Assembly: GCA_951406725.2 (NCBI GenBank) | Contig: OX597824.1 | Location: 6,820,001 to 6,884,000 of the forward strand | Direction of reading: 5' to 3' | Length of the DNA: 64,000 nucleotides | Origin: Octopus vulgaris | Lineage: Eukaryota | Shown here: positions 27,742-42,100 of the stretch, piece by piece | How the letters are laid out: every line of letters starts with the position of its first letter | Numbering within the stretch: position 1 is the first letter of the stretch | Notes under the pieces: generated by a model | What the model was told of the DNA's origin: nothing | The model's input: only the letters and a program-made list of their open reading frames with translations | The model's database searches: none | Translations under genes and position numbers: made by a program

Positions 27742-28231
27742 GAGACTCATCTATTCATTTAAAATGTTTTCCAAATATTAACATAGGTTAAAAGGGGATT
27801 AATTTGAGGCAGGATTTTATGTCTGGATGCTCTTTCTGTCACTGACCCATGGGTGTTTTTCAAAAAAGATATTTTGTATCCTACAGATCTTTCAAAAGCA
27901 CAGAGCAACCAGTTTTAATGTGAATAGAAATGAGAAAATCACATGACTTTCACTCATAAAACCATAAAACATAAAGAAAACCATGGAATGTAAATGTTTC
28001 CATGCAGATGTACACACACACACACATATGAGAATATAGTTTTAAATTAAATGTCCTGAGGAAAGAGGTCATAACCGTGGAATATCAAAATACAAGGTAA
28101 AACTTCAACTGTAGTTCTGTTTTCACAATATATAAATTGGTTAATGACTAACCATTAAAAGCAAATATTCAAATCAAGCTGTCCATTATGGTGGTAGCTT
28201 AATTTATGACTGCCTTATATTATAGTTAGAT

Positions 28232-28602
28232 GTGAAGGCACAATGGCCCAGTGGTTAGGGTCATAGGATCGCGGTTTTCATTCCCAGACCGGCTGCTGTG
28301 AGTGTTTATTGAGCAAAACACCTAAAGCTCCACGAGGCTCTGGCAGGGGATGGTGGTGATCCCTGCTGTACTCTTTCACCACAACTTTCTCTCACTCCTT
28401 CTTCCTGTTTCTGTTGTACCTGTATTTCAAAGGGGCCAGCCTTGTCACACTCTGTGTCACGCTGAATCTCCCCGAGAACTACATTAAGGGGACACATGAC
28501 TGTGGAGTGCTCAGCCACTTGCATGTTAATTTCACGAGCAGGCTGTTCCGCTGATCAGATCAACTGGAACCCTTGTTGTTGCAACCGACGGAGTGCCACA
28601 AT
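28232..28602 (+). mobile_element. tRNA-derived SINE family D, tail type 1
   Basis: Head ggcacaatggcccagtggttaggg...ggttttcattcccagacc...gagtgtttattgagc shared with 56382-56666; a tail fragment also lies at 14295-14380 (-). Confidence 0.8.
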
Positions 28603-28809
28603 ACTTAGATATTTTACACTGTTGAGTGGGGCAGGAAAGAAGGAATGTCTTCTCCGAGGAGAAGCCATTGGACTGTAAAATAATCTGTCTGCAGATTCAG
28701 CTCTCTATTTTCCCAGCCATCAAAAGTATAGAAGGAACGTGTTTACTTTTATATTTCTCTTACAGCCAAGTTTTTCAATATTTAAATATTTATATTATGA
28801 ATATAGGTA

Positions 28810-28820
28810 ATATATATATG

Positions 28821-28870
<50 letters not shown>

Positions 28871-29093
28871 CATATATATATATATATATATATACATACA
28901 TACATAGATACATATATATATACATATATATATAATATATATATATATATATTATATATATGTATATATATATAATATATATATATATTATATATATGTA
29001 TATATATATATGTATATATGTATGTATCTATGTATGTATGTATATATATATATTATATATATATGTATGTATATATGTATGTATCTATTTATG

Positions 29094-29140
<47 letters not shown>
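28810..29140. repeat. (TA)n/(TG)n microsatellite
   Basis: Directly visible. Confidence 0.95.
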
Positions 29141-29143
<3 letters not shown>

Positions 29144-29274
29144 GTGTACTGTTCTGTGAAGGTAAAATCAACAAAAAGAAGTACTCCATCTGGTGAGAGA
29201 TTAATAAACACAGTACATATTTTTATAAGCTACTAATAGTTTATTGCAATGAAAAACAACTCGGACACCATTTT

Positions 29275-29310
<36 letters not shown>

Positions 29311-29744
29311 ACACAATCGAACAAAGACACTTATAAACTGCAAGCAGTCTCATGCTGACGCATAGAATAGCAACAAGTGTTTGGGAAAATATGAGACACA
29401 TCATTAAGCTACTTCTTAGAATTGTACATTTGATATCCTCCAGCAGAGTAAGTTATTGGAAAAGATTAAACACGTTACAAGTGTATATATATGCTGTATA
29501 TCTGGATTGAACAAAACATAGTTAATAATTCATTCACTAACAAACTTGGGTATAAAACCATATGTTATTTCAAACGGATATTAAAAGAGACTAGGATTCC
29601 AAGACAAATTAAAACACACCACACTCGTACTTTTCCAAAGAGAATCATGTGAACAGTTGAAAATGAGTGAAAGAATTTTGAGGTAAAAACACATAGAAAA
29701 TGTAAAGTGCATAAACTCTTTCCATTAAATGAATTTTATAATAA

Positions 29745-30042
29745 AAGCACCATCCGAATGTGGCCGATGCCAGCGCCGCCTTCACTGGCTTCCGTGCCGG
29801 TGGCACGTAAAAAGCACCAATCCGATCGTGGTTGTTATCAGCCTCACCTGGCACCAGTGCAGGTGGCACGTAAAAAGCACCCACTACACGCACGGAGTGG
29901 TTGGCGTTAGGAAGGGCATCCAGCTGTAGAAACACTGCCAGATCAGACTGGAGCCTGGTGCAGCCTTCTGGCTTCCCAGATTCCAGTTGAACCATCCAAC
30001 CCATGCCAGCATGGAGAACGGACGTTAAACAATGATGATGAT
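29745..30042 (+). mobile_element. RTE 3' end with ~2 tandem UTR units
   Basis: Two gtggcacgtaaaaagcacc units, terminal domain and (GAT)n tail. Confidence 0.85.
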
Positions 30043-30657
30043 GAATATGTATGCATGTGTGTGTGTGTGTGTGTGTGTGTGCATGTATGTATTTGTAATA
30101 ATAAGTCTTCTATATACTCTTGTGAATCTTTCTCTCTCTCTCTCTTGCTTTCATTCTTTCCCTCTTTTCTCGTCTTTCCATTTTCTCCCTTTCTATCCTT
30201 ATTTCTCCTTCCATCTCTCCCTCTTTGTTTTCTCTCTGTCACTCTCCCTCCCTCTCCCTTGCTCTCTTTCTCCTCTGCCTGCTGCTGTCACATGACCCGC
30301 AGCCAGCTTCCATTTCTCTTCCTTTCTAACACTGGTCCCAAGCTGACCAGTTGCAAATTCTCTTTCTCTCCGCCCTTTAGGACATTTTCTAAGCATTACC
30401 CACTAGTGTTGTCTTCTTGGCCCTAAGGCTCCGGACAAATGAGCTGAGATAATGTAGGGTTAAAAGAACTCTTTAGTTTTGTTGAGGACATGGCAACTCC
30501 TCTAGAGCTGGTGCCATAATGAAATGTATCCATTATACCCTGTAGTGTGGCTTGTGTTAGAAAAGGCATCCGGTCATAGAAACCACATCAAACATGCAAT
30601 ACATGGTTCTCTGACCCATGAAGGAGGGCAGTAAATTCCAATAATAACTGACTCAGA

Positions 30658-30854
30658 AAGTGGCGAGCTGGCAGAATCGTTAGCACGCCGGGCGACACTA
30701 CGTTCTGAGTTCAAGTTCTGCTGAGGTCAACTTTGCCTTTCATCCTTTCGGGGTAATTAAATAAGTACCAGTTACGTTATGGGGTCGATGTAATCGACTT
30801 TGTCTCTTAGTCTGTCCGCTCTATGTTTAGGCCCTCGTGGGCAATAAAGAATTA
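30658..30854 (+). mobile_element. SINE family B with 15-bp TSD
   Basis: Direct repeat aataactgactcaga at 30643-30657 and 30855-30869. Confidence 0.85.
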
Positions 30855-31018
30855 AATAACTGACTCAGACATGCCAGAATGGATAACAAACATCGGATAA
30901 CGATGATAATGATAATGATAAAACATTCACATACATGCCATCTTTTTCTTTATCTTTTCCTTTTATTAACGCGTCAAATCAAACAAATAATTTTAGCAGG
31001 ACTATTCATCTACATATC

Positions 31019-31050
<32 letters not shown>

Positions 31051-31639
31051 CACCATCCTTATCTAAAATTGGTTTCTGTTTCCTTGATGAATGAACCCAC
31101 AGAAAAAAAATAATACTCAGGAACACAAAGCAGTGTTTTGGAAGTAATTAACTTGCAATTTTGATTGCTTGTTTTCCCTCAGCAAATTGATTAGACAAGC
31201 CTTAACATATTAACATTTAACATTATTTAAACTTCAGGTTAGAAATAACCATCGTTAAATAGAAACATCAGATGCTCTGCGTGTCTGGGCCTTTGTTTAT
31301 TTGAATCTGGATCCTGGGGTCATGGTGTCTTATTGATGTTGAAACTTGATGCTAAGTCATCAAAGTTAAATATCTCATCACAGACACTGGTACCACAGAA
31401 TTATTTTGGGATTTATTCAATACAGTTGCCAATAAGTATTTGTTTAGTCTATCAGAACAAACAACAACAAAAAAGAAAAAGAAAAATTCAAAAATATATT
31501 CTTTCAGGTTACTAAATCATTCCAACATCATTTGACTAAACATATTGAGTTTCAGAGATAAAATACACAAGAATCTGCAAAATAAGGATGAAACAGTAAC
31601 TAATGATGGTAGTGATGATGATGATGATGATGATGATGA

Positions 31640-32190
31640 GAAGATTTCAAATTTTAGCACAGGACCAGCAATTTCGGGGAAGAGGGCTAGTTGATTACAT
31701 TGGCCCCAGCGCTCAGCTGATACTTAATTTATCGACCCTGGAAAAAAGAAAGGCAAAATCGACCTTGGTGGACTTCGAATAATAATAATAAACCTTTCTA
31801 CCATAGGCACAGAAGCTGAAATCTGGGGGAAGGGACTAGTTAATTACATCGACCCCAGTGCGTAACTAGTACTTAATTTATCGACTCCAGAAGGATGAAA
31901 GGCAAAGTTGAATTCGGTGGAATTTGAACTCAGAACGTAGTGGCAGATGAAACATCTATTTCTTTACTACCCACAAGGGGCTAAACACAGAAGACAAAAA
32001 AAGGACAGACAAATGGATTAAGTCGATTATATTGACCCCAGTGGGTAACTGGTACTTATTTAATTGACCCCGAAAGGATGAAAGGCAAAGTCAACCTTGG
32101 CGGATTTTGAACTCAGAACATAGCGGCAGACGAAATACCACTAATCATTATCCCTGGTGTGCTAACGATTCTGCCAGCTTGCCACCTTTG
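31640..32190 (-). mobile_element. Cluster of SINE family B copies and variants
   Basis: Repeated gaccccagtg...ggtact...aaggatgaaaggcaaagt motifs. Confidence 0.8.
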
Positions 32191-32829
32191 AATAATGATA
32201 ACAACAACAATACCAATAATAATAATTGTTTCTAACTTTGGCACAAGTTGATTGTGTAAACCCCAGTACATGACTGGTACTTCATTTTGTCAATCCTGAA
32301 AAGGTGAAGAGCATAGTTAACCTTGGAAGGATTTGAACTCAGAACATCTCCCAAAATGTTATGAATAGGGTGTGGGATTGACAGAACAATTAGAACAGCA
32401 GAAAAATACCTTGTGGTATATATTCTCGCCCTTAACATTCTGATTTCAAATCCTGCAGAAGTTAACTTTGTCTTTCTTCGCTCTGGGGTTGGTAAAATGA
32501 AGTCCTAGCTAAATACTGCAGTTGAAAGCATCAGATATATAAGTTTCCCTCAAAATTGCCAGCCAGAGATTAAATAAGAAAAAAAAAACAATTAACAGCT
32601 ACTTAACGATCTTTGGCACAAAACGATTCTTTTAACATTTTTGTTTATGAAAGAAATGTTTGAGTTCCTCAAACATAAAGATCTTAAAACTTTGAGAAAA
32701 CCAACAAGAAAAAAAAAAAACTGAATTCTAAACATCGAATCAGAGCAGCGATAAAAATGAATGAAAAAAAGTTACAATGTGAAACTAAAACCACAGCCAC
32801 AAAAAACAAGCATTTTGTTTCTTATAAAC

Positions 32830-32886
<57 letters not shown>

Positions 32887-32929
32887 AGGTGGGGTGTCAG
32901 GTTCAAAGAATATGCTCCACAGTAAACTT

Positions 32930-33325
32930 TTTTATTCTTTTATTTGCTTCAGTCATTTGACTGCAGCCATGCTGGAGCACCGCCTTTGGTCAAACGAATT
33001 GACCCCAGGACACATTCTTTGTAAGCCTAGTACCTATTCTGTCAGTCTCTCTTGCCGAACCGCAGAGTTACGGGGATGTAAACACACCAACATCGGTTGT
33101 CAAACAACATTGGGTGGACAAGCACAGACACACAAACATATACACATACATACATGTATATCTATGACAGGCTTCTTTCAGTTTCCGTCTACCAAATCCA
33201 CTCACAAGCCTTTGGTCAGCTCAGGGCTATTGTAGAAGACACTTGCCCAAGGTGTCACACAGTGGGACTGAACCCAAAACCATGTGGTTGGGAATCAAGC
33301 TTCTTACCACACAGCCACTCCTGCA
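32930..33325 (-). mobile_element. SINE family A
   Basis: Full-length layout. Confidence 0.85.
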
Positions 33326-33459
33326 CCTGTGACCATGCTGGGGCATTTCCAAACTAAACAACTCCACCGGTTTCATGCAAGAAATTTCATTTTAGTTATT
33401 TTATATATTGAGCTCTGAAGTTGCAGCACATCTCTACTTTCGTCCCTCTGTGACCTTTA

Positions 33460-34030
33460 CTACAGGCCAAAAAAGAAGAAAAAGGAAAAAAGATAGCCCT
33501 TAAGAGGAGCAAGAGAAATAACTATGTTCATGCTTTGTGTTGGGCCCTCAGTCCTGGTGGAGTCAAAGAGATCCCTATGAAATCTGCAGGGAAGGAAATT
33601 CCAAATGGTAGCCACTCTGGAGATAAAGGCCTGGGTAATGCATTTAGTACAGAATTTTTGGTGGGACAAGAGAGACAGTAACATAAAGAAAAAAGAGGAT
33701 GTGGAGGGAATGGGTGGTGAAGGTATGGTGTTTGCTGGTTGAAAGGAGGGCCCAAAAGAATTGTAGTAAGAAGAGATGGATAAAGGAGGACACAATGTGA
33801 TCAAAGTTTTACAAGTGAGTTGGGTGGTCTTGTTTTAGAGGCCATGAGGAATATTTAGGTGCAGGCATTCTGAATGTGTGGTCAGAATCTCAGTGGCTGA
33901 AGAGGAAACTTTTATGCCATATATAGTGTCAGCAATCGGTGAGAGCCTGAGAGAAGATCTAAGATGTAAGATGTGTTTTAAGTATGTTACAGTCATATGG
34001 TCAACATAGCGCTATCAGTCCACTCAGTTA
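33460..34030 (-). mobile_element. Old CR1/Jockey-group LINE C-terminal fragment
   Basis: AFISRVATIWNFLP resembles the SFFPRTxxxWNxLP motif ending the ORF2 of these LINEs; heavily degraded. Confidence 0.5.
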
Positions 34031-34084
34031 TAAGGACTATGAAGATTTTGGTTGCAAGTTGTTCATTTATAGGGAGGATATATG

Positions 34085-34645
34085 CTAGGGCAGCATAACC
34101 AGCCCATTTAAGAGTACCCTCCAATCATTGGGCAATAAACTGTGCTTGCAAAGACCTGTTGAGGCAAGTGAAGTCGTTGGCATAGACCTATGACAGTACC
34201 GCTTGATTGGCTCCTGTGCTGGCGGCACCTAAAAAGCACCATTCAAGCGTAATTGATGCCAGTACCAGCTAACTGGTCCTGTGCCAACGACACGTAAAAA
34301 GCACCATTCTAGCATGGTTGTAACCAGTGCTGCCAGACTGGCTCCTGTGCCAGTGGCATGTAAAAAGCACCATTCAAGCTTGGTCGATACCAGTACATCC
34401 TGATTGGCACTTGTGCCAGTGGTACGTAAAAAGCACCATTCGAGCGTGGTCAATGTTGGTGCCAGTGGCATGTAAAAAGCACCCACTACACTCTCAGAGT
34501 GGTTGGCATTAGGAAGGGCATCGAGCTGTAGAAACTTTGCCAGATCAGATTGGAGCCTGATGCAGCCTTCTGGCTCACCAGTCCTCAGTCAACCCATACC
34601 AGCATGGAAAGCAGATGTTAAAACAACAATAATGACGACGGTGAT
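34085..34645 (+). mobile_element. RTE 3' UTR with ~5 tandem units
   Basis: Unique UTR start (aaccagcccatttaagagtacc), diverged units, then terminal domain. Confidence 0.85.
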
Positions 34646-35216
34646 ATAGTAATTATTTGACATTTCTCAAAAGGCACAAAAAAAAACCCCCAATACAATC
34701 TGGGAGCAACAGGCCACTACAAGAAAGAATCTTCCAATGATGCTCTCTGACAAACAGTGACAGAAACCAGGGACAAGATCTAAGGACTAACCCATGCCAA
34801 GAGACCAGACATATTTTTAAAGTAAGTTGAAGATTTAATGTGAACCCTTGGTAACCCCTCTCTCACCTGCATGTGGTACACTTACTGTGACACCAGCACT
34901 AAAGAACTTGTTTAACAGTATTCAGACACCAATGCTACCTTAGACTTATCATTCTATTGTTTTATTTCTTTTCACAGCAGCCTACCATATAAAAGCAGCA
35001 GAGTGATGATCCAACAACAGACCAAACAGACACATGTTGTCTTGCAAAAAAATAATAGCTAAATTACATATATAAACTCGGATCTTCTTTTCCAGTGGGG
35101 AAAAAAATTCGCTTTCATAAAGTTCGTTGCTGAGTTGAATGCACGAAAACCAGGAGAAAATTTAAAAAGAGAATGCAAAAATGCAAGAGAAACTCAGCAT
35201 GAAAGAGAGAATGAAA

Positions 35217-35247
<31 letters not shown>

Positions 35248-36092
35248 CTTATGTGTGTAGTACGTGTATGAGAGTATTTGTGTTGCAAGGGGGGGGGGGG
35301 GAAGAATGAGCAGGGCCTGGGTAAGCACCAGATTACCTGATTAGAAAATCACTTGCTCAGGTTTGATGCTGAAGTTTTCGTTTTTTCATACATTTGTTGT
35401 TGTGGTTGTTTTTGTTGTTGTTGTTGTTTGTAGTGGTGGTGGTGGTGGGGAGGGAGCATATTGAGGATACATATCAGAATCTCCCCGAAAAGGTCAACAG
35501 GGCTGATCACCTATTCACTGATAACCCAGCCATGAAAGGGGATTTAATTAGCTTTATTTACCACAACATTTACAGGGAATAAATTATTAGGTTTCTTTAT
35601 ATATGCAGTGCACAAACACACTCATAAATATATGTATAAGCACATATGCAAGCATATATATACATGTATTTACATACACATACATACATGCATACACACA
35701 CACACACATACATACATACATACATGCATGCATGCATATATACACACACACACAAGTGTATATACATATGTATATATGCAGCAAGATATCATCATCAACA
35801 TCACCATCATCACCATCATCATCGTCATCATCATCAACATCATCATCATCATCATCACCATCATTTCGTATCTGTTGCCCATGGGTTGTATGGTTTGCTC
35901 AAGTGGAAGGCTGCTGATTTGGCATGGTTGCCCTGCCTAACGTCAACCACTCTGAGAGTGTTAATGAGTGCATTTACATACCACTGGCAAGGGTGCCATT
36001 TGTGTGGCGCCAGCATCTGTCACATTGGCTTGATGGGTCTTCTTCTCAAGTACAGTATAATGCCAAACATTATATATATATATATATATATA

Positions 36093-36491
36093 CTAGCAGT
36101 ATCGCCCAGTGTTGCTCGGGTTTGTAAGGGAAATAACTATATAAGCATTTTTAGAGAGCTATAGCCAAAAAGTAGCAAACAAATGCATTAAAAATGGAAA
36201 AAAAATGATGGTAAATTTTTTTTTAAATTGTTGACTCATCGTAGACATTTTTAGAGAGTTACATCCCTTATATAATAGCGAAAAAAATGCATTAAAATGG
36301 AAAAAAATGATGGTAAATTTTTTTTTAAATCATAGACTCATCGTAGACGCGCGCTAATACCCAGAAGGGCTCGATATGAATCATAACTATAAGATACCCG
36401 CTTTTGGTTAAACTGCACCGCAAAATGTGGGAGTAGTTAGGAATCTAAATCGTAGGAGACAGACACACAACTTCTCTTTTATATATAAAGA
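36093..36491 (-). mobile_element. Non-autonomous Helitron (H3-related)
   Basis: Minus strand starts TCTTTATATATAAAAG and ends cccgagcaacactgggcgatactgCTAG; shares both ends with 27195-27708. Confidence 0.87.
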
Positions 36492-36504
36492 TATATATAT
36501 ATAA

Positions 36505-37021
36505 TAAATTTTAGGGTAGCAAAAAATTCTAGAAAAATTCTCCGCTACCAGCGGTTAAGTGAGAAAGAAAGAATAGTCAATAGACTATATAATATACATT
36601 GAAACATATAAGGGATGGCTATAATAGAACATCCGACTCACTAGAAAAAGAGCAGCTAAACTCCAAACCACTAATAGTTGTAATTCTGAAATGGAAAGAG
36701 AAATAAAAACGCTTACCCTTTCATTTCTGGACTATGCATAGTTTTGGCAAACTTATGTAAATAAATAAAATTAAATTAAATTTATTTACCACTGGCGTTG
36801 CACTCATCAGCAGAAAAGCCAAGGACTACCATTAATTTAATTTAATTTTATTTATTTACGAAAGATTGTCGAAACTATGCATAGTCCAGAAGGAAAAGGG
36901 TAAACGTTTTTATTTCTCTTTCCATTTCAGAATTACAACTATTAGTGGTTTGGAGTTTAGCTGCTCTTTCTAGTGAGTTGGATGTCCTATTATGGCCATC
37001 TCTTATATGTTTGAATGTATA
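36505..37021. mobile_element. Penelope-like terminal-repeat fragment with ~190-bp inverted arms and a hammerhead motif
   Basis: Arms 36592-36780 / 36836-37021. Minus strand reads ttctg-CTGATGAG...(G>A)AAAC-tatgcata-GTC-cagaa. Confidence 0.65.
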
Positions 37022-37039
37022 TATATATACATATATTCT

Positions 37040-38229
37040 TTTATTTTTTTACATGTTTCAGTCATTTTGACGGTGGCCATGCTGGAACACTGCCTTTAAT
37101 CGAGCAACTCGACCCCAGGACTTATTCTTTGTATCGGTCTGTTTTGCCGAACTGCTAAGTGATGGGGACATAAACACACCAGCATCGGTTGTCAAGCAAT
37201 GCTAGGGGGACAAACACAGACACACAATTTACATGCACACATATATATATACATATATACGACGGGCTTCTTTCAGTTTCCGTCTACCAAATCCACTCAC
37301 AAGGCTTTGGTCAGCCCGGGACTATAGCAGAAGACACTTGCCCAAGGTGTCACGCAGTGGGACTGAACCCGGAACCATGTGGCTGGTAAGCAAGCTACTT
37401 ACCACACAGCCACTCCTGCGCCTACATATATTATTTTATTCTTTTACATGTTTCAGTCATTTTGACTGTGGCCATGCTGGGGCACCACCTTTAGTCAAAC
37501 AAATCGACCCCAGGACTTATTCTTTGTAAGCCTAGTACTTATTCTCTCGGTCTCTTTTGCTGAACTGCTAAGTTACGGGGATGTAAACTCACCAACATTG
37601 GTTGTCAACCGATGTTGAAGAGAGAGAAACACAAACACACACACATATGTATAGACGATGGCCTTCTTTGAGTTTCTGTCTACCAAATCCACTCACAAGG
37701 CTTTGGTTGGCCTGCAGCTATAGTAGAAGACACTTGCACAAGGTGCCACGCAGAGGAACTGAACCTGGAACCATGTGGGTGCTAAGCAAACTACTTACCA
37801 CACAGCCACTCCTATGTGTATATATCTCTTTTACTCTTTTTACTCTCTTACTTCTTTCAATCATTTGACTGCGGCCATGCTGGAGCACCGCCTTTAGTCA
37901 AACAACTCGACTCCGGGACTTATTCTTTGTAAGCCCAGTACTTATTCTATCGGTCTCTTTTGTCGAACTGCTAAGTGACGGGGACGTAAACACACCAGCA
38001 TCGGTTGTCAAGCAATGCTAGGGGGACAAACACAGACACACAAACACACACATATATATATATACACATATATGACAGGCTTCTTTCAGTTTCCATCTAC
38101 CAAATCCACTCACAAGGCATTGGTCGGCCCGGGGCTATAGCAGAAGACACTTGCCCAAGATGCCACGCAGTGGGACTGAACCTGGAACCATGTGGGTGGT
38201 AAGCAAGCTACTTAACACACAGCCACTCC

Positions 38230-38230
<1 letters not shown>
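37040..38230 (-). mobile_element. Three head-to-tail SINE family A copies
   Basis: Copies at about 37040-37422, 37437-37812 and 37845-38230. Confidence 0.9.
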
Positions 38231-38267
<37 letters not shown>

Positions 38268-38550
38268 TGTTTGGTTGTTTGTTTTACATCTATTTTATTC
38301 TGCTTGCATGGGTTGGATGAGTAAACATTTGAGGCAGTGCTTTCCCAGCCAGATGCACTTCTTCTTATCAACCCTCACCTGGTTTTTAAATAAAGGATTT
38401 TATTCTGCTTTGTTCTTTTTGTCTTTTACTTCAATTTCCCACTTCAGTTCAAAACTGCACAGCTACAATGCATAATCTTCCCTGGCAGTGTTAACACAAT
38501 ATCATGTTTAGATTAAGTGGCTTCGTGCCAATAAAATGGAAATGGTAACT

Positions 38551-38588
<38 letters not shown>

Positions 38589-38712
38589 CCACATTGGTTG
38601 CCTAAGAGAGGAATGATAGAAGCGTGTATTAAAGTATACGCACATGCACACACACACACACACACACGCTGACAGGTTGCCATGTAGTTTCTGTCAATTA
38701 ATGTGAGCATCT

Positions 38713-39129
38713 TATTTCTTTATTGCCCACGAGGGGCTAAACATAGAGGGGACAAACAAGGACAGACAAAGGGATTAAGTCGATTAGATCAACCCCAGTG
38801 TGTAACTGGTACTTAAATTATCGACCCTGAAAGGATGGAAAGCAAAGTCGACCTCGGCGGAATTTGAACTCAGAACGTAACAGCAGACGAAATACCTATT
38901 TCTTTACTACCCACAAGGGGCTAAACACAGAGAGGACAAACAAGGAGAGATAGATGGATTAAGTCAATTATATCGACCCCAGTGTGTAACTGGTACTTAA
39001 TTTATCGACCCCGAAAGGATGAAAGGCAAAGTCGACCTCGGCGGAATTTGAACTCAGAACGTAGCGGCAGACGAAATACCACAAAGCATTTTGCCCGGTG
39101 TGCTAACGTTTCTGCCAGCTCGCCGCCTT
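38713..39129 (-). mobile_element. SINE family B dimer with 17-bp TSD
   Basis: aattaatgtgagcatct at 38696-38712 and 39130-39146. Confidence 0.9.
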
Positions 39130-39404
39130 AATTAATGTGAGCATCTGTCAACCAACTCACATCGGTTGGCCTTGAGACACTTGCCTAAGCTCTGTCACAG
39201 TAATATTGAACCTGAGAGCAGGTGGTTGCAAGGCAATCTTCTGACCCATGCATCCACGTCTAAACCTTTTCTGCTCTCTTTTCATTATGGCCACCCATCT
39301 TTCAAATATTCTCCTTATCCCAGACATTAGCTTCTACGTTAAAAAGGTAATCACACACTTCATTCACACACAAAAAAAGAAAAAAATACTCTTACTCTTT
39401 ACTC

Positions 39405-39820
39405 TATTACTCTTTTACTTGTTTCAGTCATTTGACTGCGGCCATGCTGGAGCACCGCCTTTTAGTCGAGTAACTCGACCCCAGGACTTATTCTTAGTAA
39501 GCCCAGTACTTATTCTATCGGTCTCTTTTTGCCGAACCGCTAAGTGACAGGGATGTAAACACACCAGCATCGGTTGTCAAGCAATGCTAGGGGGACAAAC
39601 ACAGACACACAAACATATACACGCACATACATACATATATATATATATACATATATACGACTCGCTTCTTTCAGTTTCCATCTACCAAATCCACTCACAA
39701 GGCATTGGTCGGCCCAGGGCTATAGCAGAAGACACTTGCCCAAGATGCCACGCAGTGGGACTGAACCCGGAACCATGTGGTTGGTTAGCAAGCTACTTAC
39801 CACACAGCCACTCCTACGCA
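39405..39820 (-). mobile_element. SINE family A
   Basis: Full-length layout, very similar to 37845-38230. Confidence 0.88.
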
Positions 39821-40153
39821 TTTTTTTTTAATAAAATTCATTTAATTCTAAGAGAAATAATTTTTTGAGAGAACAGATCTATCTTTAACAACATAATCGA
39901 AACAATAGGAATGTTAAAAATCTTTAAAAAAACAAAGCATTTCTGGTTTATCGAGGGGAAAGAAAAAAAGGAGAGAAAAGAAGAAATACTCCACAAATAA
40001 GCTAAAGCTATGCTCTGAGCTATAGTTAGTTATGTGAATTTACTGGAAATTCAATACTTCTTCTGAATTCAATAAGTACTGTTGTTGTTTTTGCATTGCA
40101 GGCATCTTGAACATGCACACTCTGATAGGCAAGGATTAAGGAAAAAAAAAGAA

Positions 40154-40621
<468 letters not shown>

Positions 40622-40667
40622 GGGATGTTGATGACGATGATGATGAAAAATATAATGATGATGATGT

Positions 40668-41080
40668 CCAAAAAAATTGCTTTGTTAGGAACAGCCCACA
40701 TCTTATGCCTAACACATTCAATTCAATAACACAGCACAAACAGAACCGTTTCCACCCCACCCACCCCTACACAATAAAACACTGAACAATCAAAAAACGA
40801 TGCAATTTGTGCAGCCTTATATTCTAGAAGATTAATACCTGATAAAATAACACAACTCGCACTGCACGCACCATGCACAAATGAACAAGCACTCAGAACA
40901 AGGAACAAGTTAAACACCCCCGTAACGAAAGACACTGATGTGTTATACCAACAGGGGGAGCATAGGTGATCGGTAGTACGCACAATAATAGGAGCACAGT
41001 GGTTTGTGCACCTAAGGGACAGAAGTGTATCTAAGGGGTGCAGTAGGAACACACATAAAAATCACCAAGTAAAAAATAAT
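40668..41080 (+). mobile_element. R4/Dong-like (restriction-like endonuclease) non-LTR retrotransposon 3' end
   Basis: [12 protein letters not shown]...* followed by a putative UTR running into (AAT)n. Confidence 0.6.
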
Positions 41081-41114
41081 ATCAATACCACTACCACTAG
41101 TAACAACAACAACA

Positions 41115-41187
<73 letters not shown>

Positions 41188-41199
41188 CAACAACAACAA

Positions 41200-41460
41200 T
41201 ACTCTGGGGAATGAAAAGTAGAACAGCAGCGGTGGTGATTGGAGCGTTTAGGTTAATTAAAAAGGGCCTTGATAAGCAGCTCAACAAACTCCCTTGCAGT
41301 GTTAAAGTGGGAGAACATTAAAAAATAGTGTTGCTAGGTTCCGCACACATTTTACGCCGTGTACTCTCCATGAGATGAGGACCTGCTGTTACTCTAGGGT
41401 CAAGGGATGACCCTGGTTCAGTAGAAGACAACAGACCATATTTTATTTTAAAATGATAAT
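41200..41460 (+). mobile_element. Second R4/Dong-like 3' end
   Basis: VVIGA/LGLIKKGLDKQLNKLP...KIVLLGSAHILRRVLS*, matching the PVVIGALG...ALLGTAxILR C-terminus; flanked by (AAT)n. Confidence 0.7.
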
Positions 41461-41469
41461 AATAATGAT

Positions 41470-42055
41470 CTTTTCTGCTGGATACACAAGGCCTCAAATT
41501 TGGGGGAAGGGATTAAGTTCATTACACTGACCCCAGTGCGTAACTGGTATTTATTTAATTGACCCCAAAAGGATGAAAGACAAAGTCGACTTTGGCGGAT
41601 TTTGAACTCAGAGTGTAAAGGCAGATGAAATGTCCCTAAGCATTTTGCCTAGCATGCTAATGTTTCTGCCAACTTGTTAACCTAATAATATTAATAATCC
41701 TTTCTACTAAAGGCACAAGGCCTGAAATTTGGGGGGAGGGGACCAGTCACTTACATTGGCCCCAGTATTTCACTGGTACTTAATTTATCGACCTGAAAAG
41801 GATGACAGGCAAAGTTGACCTTGGTGGCATCTTAATGATAATAATAATGGTTTCAAATTTTGCCACCAGGGCAGCAATTTCGGAGGAGGGGATGAGTGGA
41901 TTAGGTTAACCCTAGTACGCAACTGGTACTTATTTTGTCAAGGATGAAAATGTAGAGTTAACTTTGGCAGAATTTGATGTCCCAATGTAAGGACGGATGA
42001 AATGCTGTGAAGGACTTTGCTCAGCATGTTAACAACTCTGCTAGCTCACCACCTT
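41470..42055 (-). mobile_element. Cluster of SINE family B variants
   Basis: Three partial copies. Confidence 0.75.
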
Positions 42056-42100
42056 AATAATAATAATAATAATAATAATTATTATTATTATTATAATTAT

